A DNA stretch of 26,695 bases. It comes from Deinococcus radiodurans R1 = ATCC 13939 = DSM 20539 (GTDB lineage: Bacteria; Deinococcota; Deinococci; Deinococcales; Deinococcaceae). The position numbers and the translations under genes are program-made. This document shows positions 18,196-26,695 of the stretch, piece after piece. The notes below the pieces were generated by a model. That model saw only the letters and a list, made by a program, of their open reading frames with translations. It had not been told where the DNA came from and did not search any database. How positions within the stretch are numbered: the first letter of the stretch is position 1; each line of letters begins with the position of its first letter. The stretch is from NCBI RefSeq assembly GCF_000008565.1, contig NC_001263.1:1380175-1406869 (forward strand), read 5' to 3'.

Positions 18196-19256
18196 GAGGC
18201 GCCGCCCCCGCTGAAGGTGACGCCCTGCCCGGCGACCATTTCCCCGATGACCCAGGGCTGCTCACCCGCCGCCCGCAGGGTCTGCATGGCCTGCTCCCGC
18301 TGCGCAGCGGGCACAATGAACAAGAAGCCCACGCCCATGTTCAGCGCCCGGAAGGCTTCCTGCCGCTCCACGCCCGCCTCGCGCACGATGAGTTCGAAGA
18401 GGGGCGGCACCGCCCAGCTCGCGGTGTCCACCTGCATCCCGATGCCCTGCGGAAACACGCGCGGGGGGTTGTCCACCAGCCCGCCCCCGGTGATGTGGGC
18501 CATGCCGCGCACGTCCACACCGGCCTTTTCCAGCGCGTCGTAGGCGGGAAGGTAGGAGCGGTGCGGAACCGGCAGCACGGCGGCGAGGGTCTGCCCGCCC
18601 AGATCGCTGCGGGCCTCGTTCCAGTCGAGGGCGTCGAGCGCCATGCGGGCGAGCGAGAAGCCGTTGGTGTGCAGGCCGCTGCTCGGGAGGGCAATCACGG
18701 CGTCACCGACCTCGATGCGCCCCCCGTCAATGAGGTTGGGCCGGTCCACCACGCCGACAATCGTGCCTACGATGTCGAGTTCGCCGTCCACGTACACGCC
18801 GGGCATCTCTGCGGTTTCGCCGCCGAGCAGCGCCACGCCGAGCGCCTCGCACGCCTGCGCCGCGCCGCTCACGACCTCGGCCACCGCCTCGGGGCGCAGC
18901 TTGCCCATCGCCACGTAATCGAGAAAAAACAGGGGCCGGGCGCCCTGCACCAGAATGTCGTTCACACAGTGGTTCACGATGTCGTGTCCGAGCCCGCCGA
19001 ACTGCCCGACCTTGACCGCTACCTTGGTCTTGGTGCCCACGCCGTCGGTGCTGGCGACGAGCACAGGGTCCGCCATGTCGCCGAAAGCGGCACGGAACAG
19101 CCCACCGAAACCGCCGAGGCCACCGAGCACGTTGGCGGTGTGGGTGCGGGCCACCGCTCCTTTCATCAGGTCCACGGCGCGGTGCCCGGCGTCGATACTG
19201 ACCCCGGCCCGTTCGTAGGCAGAAGCGGGGGAAGCGCCCAAATCTTTGTCCATCAT
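18192..19256 (-). CDS. purM: Phosphoribosylformylglycinamidine cyclo-ligase (AIR synthetase)
   Basis: VASTDGVGTKTKVA, HDIVNHCVNDILVQGARPLFFLDY, GGETAEMPG and AHITGGG. Confidence 0.93.
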   Translation of the reverse strand: MMDKDLGASPASAYERAGVSIDAGHRAVDLMKGAVARTHTANVLGGLGGFGGLFRAAFGDMADPVLVASTDGVGTKTKVAVKVGQFGGLGHDIVNHCVNDILVQGARPLFFLDYVAMGKLRPEAVAEVVSGAAQACEALGVALLGGETAEMPGVYVDGELDIVGTIVGVVDRPNLIDGGRIEVGDAVIALPSSGLHTNGFSLARMALDALDWNEARSDLGGQTLAAVLPVPHRSYLPAYDALEKAGVDVRGMAHITGGGLVDNPPRVFPQGIGMQVDTASWAVPPLFELIVREAGVERQEAFRALNMGVGFLFIVPAAQREQAMQTLRAAGEQPWVIGEMVAGQGVTFSGGGAS

Positions 19257-19320
19257 CTCGCAGCGAAGTGTAGCGGAGAAGTGGCCCCCGGCAGGTCCCC
19301 GCGCCCACTACACTCCCCCT

Positions 19321-20310
19321 ATGCGTCCCGAACTGCTCGCCCGCGTGCTCTCGCTGCTGCCCGAAACCAGCGCCACGCCCGAACTCGCCCGCTTCTACGC
19401 GCTGCTGCGCGACTACCCGCAGCGCGGCGGCAAGGGCATCCGCTCGGAGCTGCTGCTCGCCAGCGCCCGCGCCCACGGCCTGAGCGAGTCGGACACCGGG
19501 TGGGAGAGCGCCCTGTGGCTCGCCGCCGCGCTGGAACTGTTTCAGAACTGGGTGCTGGTCCACGACGACATCGAGGACGACTCCGAGGAGCGCCGGGGCC
19601 GGCCCGCGCTGCACCACCTGTGCGGGATGCCGGTGGCGCTCAACGTGGGCGACGCGCTGCACGCCTATATGTGGGCGGCGGTGGGCAAAGCGAACGTGCC
19701 CGGCGCTTTCGAGGAATTCTTGCAGATGGTTTACCGCACCGCCGAGGGGCAGCACCTCGACCTCGCCTGGGTGGAGGGCCGCGAGTGGGGGCTGCGGCCC
19801 GCCGACTACCTGCAAATGGTGGGCCTGAAAACCGCGCACTACACGGTGATCGTGCCGCTGCGGCTGGGGGCATTGGCGGCAGGCATGGCGCCGCAGGACG
19901 CTTTTACCCCGGCGGGACTGGCACTCGGCACCGCCTTCCAGATTCGGGACGACGTGCTCAACCTCGCGGGCGACCCGGTGAAATATGGCAAGGAAATCGG
20001 CGGCGACTTGCTCGAAGGCAAGCGCACCCTGATCGTGCTGGACTGGCTGACCACCGCACCCGACGACCGGAAGGCGATTTTTCTCGACCAGATGCGCCGG
20101 CACCGCGCCGACAAGGACCCCGCCGTCATTGACGAGATTCACCGCTGGCTGCTGGAAAGCGGCAGCGTGGAAGCCGCGCAGGACTACGCGCAGGCGCAGG
20201 CTGCCGAGGGGCTGGACCTGCTGGAAAAAGCGTTGGCAGACGCCCCGGACGCGCAGGCCGCCGCCGCACTGCTCGCCAGCGTACGCGAACTGGCGACGCG
20301 GGAGAAGTGA
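19321..20310 (+). CDS. Polyprenyl diphosphate synthase, likely geranylgeranyl diphosphate synthase
   Basis: First Asp-rich motif LVHDDIEDDSEERRGRPALH, second motif FQIRDDVLNL, and KYGKEIGGDLLEGKRT. Start taken at the ATG at 19321. From memory it may be the carotenoid crtE of D. radiodurans; this is unverified. Confidence 0.85.
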   Translation: MRPELLARVLSLLPETSATPELARFYALLRDYPQRGGKGIRSELLLASARAHGLSESDTGWESALWLAAALELFQNWVLVHDDIEDDSEERRGRPALHHLCGMPVALNVGDALHAYMWAAVGKANVPGAFEEFLQMVYRTAEGQHLDLAWVEGREWGLRPADYLQMVGLKTAHYTVIVPLRLGALAAGMAPQDAFTPAGLALGTAFQIRDDVLNLAGDPVKYGKEIGGDLLEGKRTLIVLDWLTTAPDDRKAIFLDQMRRHRADKDPAVIDEIHRWLLESGSVEAAQDYAQAQAAEGLDLLEKALADAPDAQAAAALLASVRELATREK

Positions 20311-20819
20311 GCGGCGTCCTCCGCCCGCGCCAGGACAGTGACCTCCCGGCTCTGGTCGCCCTGCGCGAAGTCCACGCTGCCGACGCCTATCCGTCCGCCT
20401 GGCCGGACGACCCCCTTCCCTTTCTGACTCCGCCGGACGTGGGTGCCTGGGTGGCCCTCAGCGGCGGGGAGGTGGCTGGGCAAGTGGTTTTGCGCCGCCC
20501 TGCTGAGCCACTCCCCGAATGGCTGCGGACGGTGGGCCGACCTGCCGCCGAACTGGCCGTCGTGTCCCGGCTGTTCGTGCGGCCAGCGGCACGGGGGCGG
20601 GGGCTGGCCGAGGCACTGTTTCAAGCAGCCTGGTCAGCAGCGCGGGCGCAGGGCTGGCGGGCAGTGCTCGACGTGCATCAGCGGAACCTCGCCGCTGTGC
20701 GCCTGTACGAGCGCCAGGGCTGGCAGCGAGTAGCGACAGTAGACGGGGACTGGTTGGAGCCGGACGGCACGACGCCACAGGTCCACGTTTATCTGTCGCC
20801 GGAGGAGGCTCAGCTTTAG
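20307..20819 (+). CDS. GNAT family N-acetyltransferase
   Basis: Acetyl-CoA binding motif VSRLFVRPAARGRGLAEALF, and later AVRLYERQGW. The GTG start overlaps the preceding stop (GTGA). Confidence 0.8.
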   Translation: MSGVLRPRQDSDLPALVALREVHAADAYPSAWPDDPLPFLTPPDVGAWVALSGGEVAGQVVLRRPAEPLPEWLRTVGRPAAELAVVSRLFVRPAARGRGLAEALFQAAWSAARAQGWRAVLDVHQRNLAAVRLYERQGWQRVATVDGDWLEPDGTTPQVHVYLSPEEAQL

Positions 20820-20922
20820 AGCATTTGACGTAATAAGGACCCCTCACCCCTGCCTTTGGCAGGCCCTCTCCCCTGGGTAGAGGGTCAAACAGCTCAAGGC
20901 CATTCATTTGTCAAATGCTCTA
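20817..20922. repeat. MITE-like small non-coding repeat with perfect 13-bp terminal inverted repeats, copy D
   Basis: TAGAGCATTTGAC (20817-20829) and GTCAAATGCTCTA (20910-20922). Internal hairpins are CCTGCC-TTT-GGCAGG (20849-20863) and CCCTCT...AGAGGG (20864-20884). Confidence 0.8.
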
Positions 20923-21708
20923 GCCCACGATGTCCAGCGCCCGGTCCGCGAACTGCGCGAAGCAGTCGTGCAACTCCTTGAGGGCGCCCCCCCGCCGCTC
21001 CGTCCACTCGGCGGAGTAGAGCGCCACGTTGATTTCCAGGCCGAAGGCGGGAATGCCCGTGCGGGCCTGATGCGCGGCGCTGAGGGTGTCGGTGGTCCAG
21101 GGGTCGCCCACCGCCACGCGGGTGTATCTGCCAGTCAGCGCAGGCGCGAACGCCTCGGCGCAGGCGGCTTGCAGCGCGTCCCAGTGCTGGTGGGGCACGG
21201 TGGGGTGTTGCTCGGTGCCCAGCATCAGCGTAAGCGCGGGGCGCGGCTCTCCCCGGTCAGGCCCGAGCGCCGGGCCGAACTCGGCCATCGAGTGCCCGAC
21301 GATCATCAAGCGGGCGCCCTCCAGCTCGCGGGTCACCTGAGCGTCAAAGCTGTCCCAGAGGCGCCGCAGCCGGGCTTCGCGGGCCGGGGGCGTCAGGGCA
21401 AAGCCCGCCGGGTAGAGCGGCTGGCGGTCGAAGGTCATCTGCTTGAGCACGCCGTTGTCCTCGCTGTCATCGCGCCCCCGGTTGAGGTCCACGGCGAAGC
21501 GGCTCCACGGCGCTTGCAGAAAACGGGCGCCCGGCACCGCGTAGATCAGGTCGGTGTAAGGGTCGCCCTCGAAAAAGACGCGGCGCAAAAAAGCCTCGCG
21601 CTTCTCGGTGTCAAAGGCGTCGTCGCCCAGCATGGCGAGCAGCACGTCGGCGGGGAGTTGCCCGGAAGGGTGAGGAGCGAGGATGAGCAGGTCGTCGCGG
21701 TCAGGCAT
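20920..21708 (-). CDS. Putative N-formylglutamate amidohydrolase family protein
   Basis: 262 aa. The layout (N-terminal LILAPHPSG, DPYTD, a central IVGHSM block) resembles the FGase family as I remember it. This is a tentative family call. Confidence 0.5.
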   Translation of the reverse strand: MPDRDDLLILAPHPSGQLPADVLLAMLGDDAFDTEKREAFLRRVFFEGDPYTDLIYAVPGARFLQAPWSRFAVDLNRGRDDSEDNGVLKQMTFDRQPLYPAGFALTPPAREARLRRLWDSFDAQVTRELEGARLMIVGHSMAEFGPALGPDRGEPRPALTLMLGTEQHPTVPHQHWDALQAACAEAFAPALTGRYTRVAVGDPWTTDTLSAAHQARTGIPAFGLEINVALYSAEWTERRGGALKELHDCFAQFADRALDIVG

Positions 21709-21717
21709 GGCCCGAGG

Positions 21718-21915
21718 CTAGAGCATTAAACGGATTCCGACTGAGTCCTGTTGAAAACAGGATGAAATCCGACCGGAGGGAGAAGGAAGGGAACGCGTTT
21801 CGGTCGTGGAGTGGGGAACCCGGTGCCGTGCCAGGTTACCCACGAAACAAACGGAATGCGTATTCCAGCGCACAAAAAGCCCAGGCGCGGCGGCCTGAGC
21901 TTCGGGGGTTGCAGG
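21718..21915 (+). repeat. Deinococcus-type small non-coding mosaic repeat, copy B
   Basis: It starts CTAGAGCATTAAAC, the same terminus as copies D and E. It continues GGATTCCGACTGAGTCCTGTTGAAAACAGGATGAAATCCGACCGGAGGGAGAAG, the module shared with copies A and C. The distal part ATTCCAGCGCACAAAAAGCCCAGGCGCGGCGGCC is related, in inverted orientation, to copy C. Confidence 0.7.
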
Positions 21916-21918
21916 TGC

Positions 21919-22359
21919 TTACCGCACCCGGCGCAGTTCCAGCGGGTAGGCCACGCCGTTGACCCGTAGCGAACCCTTGAAGACCTCGCCAGCCACCCGC
22001 CCGGTGAGCAGCGCATCGGACTTGAGGGCCACGCCGCTCACGCCGAAGCCCAGCACGCTCGCGCTGAGCCGGGCGCCGCTGCTCGCCGTGATCTGGGCGG
22101 TGAGTTCGGCGCCCTCCGCGACGGGGAGCAGCGTGCCGCTTGCCTGAAAGCGGTCGCCGCTGCTGCGGTTTTCCAGCGTCCCGGCGAGCTGGTGGCTCTG
22201 GGGGTCGGCGCTGAAGGTCAGGCGGTAGCTCTGCTCGCGCAGCAGCACCCGGCCCGTGCCCTCCCACACCTCAACTGACTGCGGCTGGAGCTGCGGGGCG
22301 CAGGCGCTCAGCGAGAGCAGAGCGAGCCCTAATCCAGACCCGGCCCAGAGCGCTTTCAC
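21919..22359 (-). CDS. Hypothetical lipoprotein
   Basis: Signal peptide with lipobox LLSLSAC (MKALWAGSGLGLALLSLSA-C). No family recognised. Confidence 0.65.
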   Translation of the reverse strand: MKALWAGSGLGLALLSLSACAPQLQPQSVEVWEGTGRVLLREQSYRLTFSADPQSHQLAGTLENRSSGDRFQASGTLLPVAEGAELTAQITASSGARLSASVLGFGVSGVALKSDALLTGRVAGEVFKGSLRVNGVAYPLELRRVR

Positions 22360-22362
22360 TCT

Positions 22363-23142
22363 TCACTGCTCGCCGTTGTGCAGGCCCTGACGCTTGAGGG
22401 CGGCCACCAGTCCGGGTTCGCGGACTTCCATGCCGCCGCCCTGGCCGAAGTACATCTTGAGCAGCCGCGCCCAGTCGCCGGGCTTGCCGGGGCGCTCGGC
22501 GATGGGGTTCATGAGTTCGGTGGCGGCGCGCAGTTCCTCGGGGGTGCCGTCGCGGTAGGTGCCGGTGTGGACGACGAGTTCTCGCGGCAGGCGCGGGCGC
22601 AGCGGGGCGTCCTCGGCGGGGCGGCCCACAGTGATGGCGGCGAAGGGCAGCACACCTTCGGGGAGGCCGAGCAGCGTGATCAGGGCGTCCATGTTGTTCA
22701 CCACGCCGCCGATCCAGCAGCCCTGATAGCCGAGCATTTCGGCGGCGGTCAGCAGGTTCTGACCGGACATCACGATGTCCCCGATGCCGAAGTGCACGGC
22801 GATGGCAGGCCAACTGCCCGACTCATAGCCCGCCGCCTCCAGAATCTTGCCCACCCGGCGGGTGTCGGAGCAGGCGATAAACGCCTCGGACGCGATGTTG
22901 ATGTGGGGGTTGCCGGTCAGCTCGGCCACCTGCGCCCGCAGCTCAGGAGTGGTGAGGTGAATATAAGAGTAGAGCTGTGCAGTGGCGTCGGTGGGCGCCC
23001 GCTGAGCGGCGTGCAGCACCGCGTCGAGCTCGTCTGCTGTCATGCGGATGGGCGAGCCGTCGGGCTGGGTCTGGTAGAGGCGGACCGTGCGGTGGGCGTC
23101 GTAGAAGGCGCGAACTTGGTCGGGCGTTTGGGTGCCGTGCAT
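22363..23142 (-). CDS. Nitroreductase family protein
   Basis: 259 aa. RTVRLYQ...LHAAQRAPTDATAQLYS is typical of the nitroreductase fold N-terminus. CWIGGV lies in the core. Confidence 0.7.
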   Translation of the reverse strand: MHGTQTPDQVRAFYDAHRTVRLYQTQPDGSPIRMTADELDAVLHAAQRAPTDATAQLYSYIHLTTPELRAQVAELTGNPHINIASEAFIACSDTRRVGKILEAAGYESGSWPAIAVHFGIGDIVMSGQNLLTAAEMLGYQGCWIGGVVNNMDALITLLGLPEGVLPFAAITVGRPAEDAPLRPRLPRELVVHTGTYRDGTPEELRAATELMNPIAERPGKPGDWARLLKMYFGQGGGMEVREPGLVAALKRQGLHNGEQ

Positions 23143-23242
23143 GGGCGCCAGGATAGGTCGGGAACCGGCGGGAATGTTGGCCCAGGGCGTTTTTTGGTGG
23201 GTCAGGGTGGCACCAAAGCTGTCACCTCGCTGGGGACCAGAT

Positions 23243-23965
23243 TCAGCCCGCCAGGAAGCGCAGGGCCCCCGCGGGCACGTCGTCGCCCGGCACCAGGGTG
23301 GGAATCAGGCGGCTGGTGCTGAGCTGCGCGGCATAGTCGACGTCGGAGCTCAGGCCGAGTCTGGCCAGGGTGGCGCCGTGTCCGCTGCTCCGCAAAGCCT
23401 CGCCCGGATCGCCCCCGCCCCGGCGCATGGTGAGGGCAATGCGGGCGCCGTCGTCTACCTGAAAGTCGCCCAGCGCGAGCAGATACTCGGCGATGACTCC
23501 GGCAGCGTACACGTCGTCGAGCCCCACCCGTCCGTCGGTTCCCGCACACACGATGGCGATTTCCTCGCTCGCCACCGCCAGGGCGTGCCGGGCCACCGCG
23601 TGGGCGTTGACCAGCGCGGCAAGCACCACGTGTCGGGCCGTTTGCGCGGCGCGGTGAGCGGCAATGGTCCCGTTGGTGGTCGTCATGACCACGCGGCGCC
23701 CGGCCACTGCCCCACCACTCACTTCCACCGGACTGTTGCCGAGGTCGAAGCCGGGAATGGTCAGCCCGCCGCGTTCACCCGCGAGCAGCACGTCGGGCAC
23801 CGTTTCGCGCACGGCGAGGGCCGCCTCGGTCGTGCGGGTCAGCAGCAGTTCGGCGGCGCCCTGCTCCAGCAGGGTCACGGCGGTGGTGGTCGCCCGCAGC
23901 ACGTCAATGACCAGGGCCACGTCGGGGTAATGGCTGTCGGGAAGCAGGTCTACACGCAGTCTCAT
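23243..23965 (-). CDS. 2-phosphosulfolactate phosphatase (ComB) family protein
   Basis: N-terminal [22 protein letters not shown] and later TTTNGT / VCAGTDGRV blocks are characteristic of the ComB family. Confidence 0.75.
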   Translation of the reverse strand: MRLRVDLLPDSHYPDVALVIDVLRATTTAVTLLEQGAAELLLTRTTEAALAVRETVPDVLLAGERGGLTIPGFDLGNSPVEVSGGAVAGRRVVMTTTNGTIAAHRAAQTARHVVLAALVNAHAVARHALAVASEEIAIVCAGTDGRVGLDDVYAAGVIAEYLLALGDFQVDDGARIALTMRRGGGDPGEALRSSGHGATLARLGLSSDVDYAAQLSTSRLIPTLVPGDDVPAGALRFLAG

Positions 23966-24021
23966 GGCGGGCCTCGCAGCAGGACAGAAAAAGGGCGAAG
24001 AGGGGAACGAACGCTCGGCGC

Positions 24022-24705
24022 TCAGGCCAGAGCGTCACGCAGCCGCTGCACGCCCGCCGCGCCGCCGTCCGCGCCGTACACTGCGCTGCCCGCGACGAGG
24101 CAAGTGGCCCCGGCCTCGGCGAGTAGTCGAGCATTGGCGGGCGTCACGCCGCCGTCCACCTGCAACTCGGCCTGCGGGTTCACCTCGTCGAGCCAGCCGC
24201 GCAGAGTGCGGACACGCTCGGTGCTCGCGGGGATGAACTTCTGACCGCCGAAACCGGGGTTCACGCTCATCACCAGCACGAGGTCCACGTCGGCGAGCAG
24301 TGGGCGCACGGCTTCCAGCGGGGTGCCGGGGTTCAGCGTCACGCCCGCCTTTTTGCCGAGTTCCTTGATCTGCTGCACGGCGCGGTGAATGTGCTGGGTG
24401 GCTTCCACATGCACAGTGATGCTGTCGGCGCCCGCCTCGGCAAAGTCGCGCAGGTAGCGCTCGGGCCGCTCGATCATCAGGTGCACGTCCATCGGCAGGT
24501 TCGAGGCCCGCCGCGCCGCCGCCAGAATCGGCAGCCCGAAGGAGATGTTGGGCACGAAGGCCCCGTCCATCACGTCCACATGCGCCCAATCGGCGCCGGC
24601 GATGGCCTGCAACTCCTCTCCCAGCCGCGAGAAATCGCACGAGAGAATGCTGGGGGCGAGCTTGACCGCACGGGCCGGCGCCGGGGAAGCAGAACTGTGA
24701 CTCAC
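24022..24705 (-). CDS. rpe: Ribulose-phosphate 3-epimerase
   Basis: [21 protein letters not shown]...[18 protein letters not shown]...DVHLMI...[12 protein letters not shown]...VDGG. I propose the GTG start at 24705. The longer track ORF runs into repeat copy E. Confidence 0.9.
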   Translation of the reverse strand: MSHSSASPAPARAVKLAPSILSCDFSRLGEELQAIAGADWAHVDVMDGAFVPNISFGLPILAAARRASNLPMDVHLMIERPERYLRDFAEAGADSITVHVEATQHIHRAVQQIKELGKKAGVTLNPGTPLEAVRPLLADVDLVLVMSVNPGFGGQKFIPASTERVRTLRGWLDEVNPQAELQVDGGVTPANARLLAEAGATCLVAGSAVYGADGGAAGVQRLRDALA

Positions 24706-24715
24706 GGGGTCAAGT

Positions 24716-24867
24716 CTAGAGCATTTGACAAAAAGATGGCACAGCTTTTGGGCGAGCAGAGCGAGAACAAAACACAGAGCAGGACGGACTTGCAAAGCTG
24801 CGAAGCAGAGAATGGAGCGGGTGGCGGTGCTTTTCCGACGCACGCGTAATTCGGAGAACTGCTCTAG
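24716..24867. repeat. Small non-coding mosaic repeat bounded by CTAGAGC...GCTCTAG, copy E
   Basis: The left end CTAGAGCATTTGAC is identical to the left terminus of copy D. The right end is GCTCTAG (24861-24867). The internal GGCGGTGCTTTTCCGACGCACGC matches copy C. Confidence 0.7.
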
Positions 24868-24892
24868 CAGCCGCCCCGCTCGCCGCCAGTTT

Positions 24893-25519
24893 TCAGCGGG
24901 GGCCGTCGCGCCGCAGGGCACCTTCGAGCAGCAGCCCAAGCGCGAGGCGCATCTCGTCTTTGAGTGGACGCTCGGTGCCGTAAGCCGACCAGCGCAGCGC
25001 GACCATCAGGTAGGTGTCGGCAATCAGGTTGCTGATGCGTTGCAGGCTCAGGTCGGTGCGAATCTGCCCTTCCTGATGCAGCGGGCGCAACACCAGCTCG
25101 ACCACCTTGCTCAGCGGCAGCGCCTGATACGCGGTGCGGGCACGCTCGGGGTTGGGGTTCATCACCTCGTAGGCGAGCGGCGGAAACAGGTCGCGCTCGC
25201 GGGCGTTTTCGTCGGCCAGCGTGTCCCAGATTTCGTAGAGCACCGACATGGCGGGCACGCCCTGCGCCAGCCGCTGCTCGGCGAGGTCGCGCAGCCGCTC
25301 CATGACCTCGCTGCCGTAATCGAGCAGCACCGCTTCCTTGTAGGGGTAGTAGTTGAAAAAAGTGCCGCGCGAGACGTTGCTCGCCCGCGCGATGTCGGTG
25401 GCGGTGGTGCCCTGAAACCCCCCCTGTTTGAAGAGGTCGATCGCCACGTTATAGATGCGGGCGCGGCGGCGTTCTTTCTGCCGCTCCCGAAGTGAGGAAG
25501 AGTCCATGGTTGGCGTCAT
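24893..25519 (-). CDS. TetR/AcrR family transcriptional regulator
   Basis: HTH: RARIYNVAIDLFKQGGFQGTTATDIARASNVSRGTFFNYYPYKEAVL. Confidence 0.88.
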   Translation of the reverse strand: MTPTMDSSSLRERQKERRRARIYNVAIDLFKQGGFQGTTATDIARASNVSRGTFFNYYPYKEAVLLDYGSEVMERLRDLAEQRLAQGVPAMSVLYEIWDTLADENARERDLFPPLAYEVMNPNPERARTAYQALPLSKVVELVLRPLHQEGQIRTDLSLQRISNLIADTYLMVALRWSAYGTERPLKDEMRLALGLLLEGALRRDGPR

Positions 25520-25600
25520 CCTACGTCAAGCAGGTACAAAATTGAACCGGGAACAGAAAGTAGTCTGGATTTGGTTTGGACAGGTGTACTCGCCGCCCGA

Positions 25601-26416
25601 TCAGTCCACGGCTCGCAAGAACTTCACCGCCGCTTCCTCCACCGCCGCCCGCGCCTCGCGGTGGGGGGTGTGACCGCAGTTTGGCAGCACCAGCGCCCGC
25701 GCCGGCCCCGACGCGCCGTCCACCATGCCGCGCACCTGCGCCAGCGTGCCGAATTCGTCGTCCTCGCCCTGAATGACGAGCAGCGGGCACTGGATACCGG
25801 GCAGCCGGGCTTCTACCGACCAGTCACGGAACCAGGGCGCCGTCCAGGTGTCGGTCCAGGCGTGGTAGAGGGCGTCCACCTTGTCGCCGTGGTACTTGAC
25901 CAGCCGCGCGGCGATGTCGGTGCTGGCGTAGGCGCTGGTGGCCTGCTCGACCCCGGCAATCGTCACCGGCTCGTTGAAGATGTGGGCGCCTTCCACGATG
26001 ACCCCGGTCACCCGCTCCGGCAGCGCGGCGGCGGCGAGCAGGGCAATCGAGCCGCCGTCGCTGTGGCCAAAGAGGGCCGCCCCCTCTACGCCGCAGGCGT
26101 CCAGCACCGCCGGCAGCACTTCGCCCGCCTCGTGCAGCAGATAATCGCGCTCGCGCGGGCGGTCGAAGGGACCGGACCCCCCATGCCCCAGGCGGTCGTA
26201 GAGCAGGGCGTCGCGCCCGGTCAGCTCGGCGAGCCGCGCCGGAAAGTCGCGCCAGGTGGCGGTGCAGCCCAGCGAATCGTGCAAGAAGACCAGCGGCGCT
26301 CGCCGGTCGGCCTGACCCTGCACGGACGGCTCATGGGAGGACAGCTCATGGCGCAGCCAGCGCACGGCCAGCGAGCGGCCCCCGAGGTCGAGCACCTCGT
26401 CGGTGATGTGAAGCAT
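25601..26416 (-). CDS. Alpha/beta-fold hydrolase
   Basis: LVFLHDSLG (oxyanion region), nucleophile elbow GHSDGG, and C-terminal LPNCGHTPH (catalytic His). The start is either the ATG at 26416 or the GTG at 26434. Confidence 0.8.
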   Translation of the reverse strand: MLHITDEVLDLGGRSLAVRWLRHELSSHEPSVQGQADRRAPLVFLHDSLGCTATWRDFPARLAELTGRDALLYDRLGHGGSGPFDRPRERDYLLHEAGEVLPAVLDACGVEGAALFGHSDGGSIALLAAAALPERVTGVIVEGAHIFNEPVTIAGVEQATSAYASTDIAARLVKYHGDKVDALYHAWTDTWTAPWFRDWSVEARLPGIQCPLLVIQGEDDEFGTLAQVRGMVDGASGPARALVLPNCGHTPHREARAAVEEAAVKFLRAVD

Positions 26417-26510
26417 GGCGGCAGCATAGGGCACACCGCGCCCAACGCCACAGGCCCGGCGAGACGCTGAGAGCAGCGCGGGGCCGGGCCTGTTCAGGTG
26501 TTTGGAAGGT

Positions 26511-26695
26511 TCAGGGCAGCGTGTACTGGCGGCTGAACAGCTTGAGGTCGGCGTCGTCCACCCGGCGGTCGCCGTTGAGGTCGCCGGGCAGGGCGCCGGT
26601 CTTGCCGAAGTTTTCCATCAGGACGGCGAGGTCGGCGAGGTCCACCACCCCGTCGTTGTTGAGGTCGGCGCCACTGAAACGGGCGGCAGCGCCAG
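26511..26695 (-). CDS. 3' end of a gene (5' part outside the window) encoding a dockerin-like / EF-hand-type duplicated Ca-binding module
   Basis: My own minus-strand translation is ...GADLNNDGVVDLADLAVLMENFGKTGALPGDLNGDRRVDDADLKLFSRQYTLP*. It is absent from the ORF track because there is no in-window start. Confidence 0.7.
   Translation of the reverse strand, partial: GAAARFSGADLNNDGVVDLADLAVLMENFGKTGALPGDLNGDRRVDDADLKLFSRQYTLP

Noticed and set aside
24706-24939. An upstream extension of the rpe ORF (305-aa track ORF).
   Set aside because: It reads through repeat copy E (24716..24867) and overlaps the 3' end of the TetR gene. Rpe homology begins at KLAPSIL, just downstream of the GTG at 24705.
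26451-26492. A 10-bp GC stem, CAGGCCCGGC / GCCGGGCCTG, with a 22-nt loop between the dockerin-like gene and the hydrolase gene.
   Set aside because: It could be a terminator for the upstream minus-strand gene. However, no U-tract follows on the minus strand and the loop is long, which is too weak to call.

Overview
This is bacterial chromosomal DNA of about two-thirds G+C (estimated by eye). The protein set and intergenic repeats look like Deinococcus, most likely D. radiodurans. The window holds about 30 genes on both strands, mostly housekeeping: topA 3' part, GH13 alpha-glucosidase, hpt, an amidase, msrB, ychF, a cell-wall amidase, comF, purM, a polyprenyl/GGPP synthase, rpe and others. 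It also holds three TetR regulators, several exported proteins of unknown function, and at least five copies of Deinococcus-type small mosaic non-coding repeats. One clearly foreign insert is present: a 1736-bp, visibly lower-GC IS200/IS605-family insertion sequence at 7464..9199 on the minus strand. I recognise it as ISDra2, with tnpA (Y1 HUH transposase) and tnpB. The most system-like content is tnpB together with the structured RNA encoded at the element's right end. TnpB shows a split RuvC triad (D191/E278/D361) and a zinc ribbon. The right end overlaps the last tnpB codons with strong RNA helices and reads out into 16 nt of flanking DNA. The left end abuts 5'-TTGAT. Together these give a nuclease, a guide RNA (omega/reRNA), a TAM and a guide whose predicted target is the empty donor site. 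From memory this is now established biology (TnpB as the RNA-guided ancestor of Cas12), so it is a rediscovery, not a new system. All components can nevertheless be read directly from this window. The insertion replaced the last 6 codons of a membrane-protein gene. Secondary observations: mosaic repeats whose terminal inverted repeats supply the stop codons of two convergent genes, a TopA C-terminus with a histone-H1-like tail plus a sigma-70 region-4-like HTH, and a dockerin-like C-terminal module in a partial gene at the right edge. All calls come from reading translations and sequence by eye. No searches were run.
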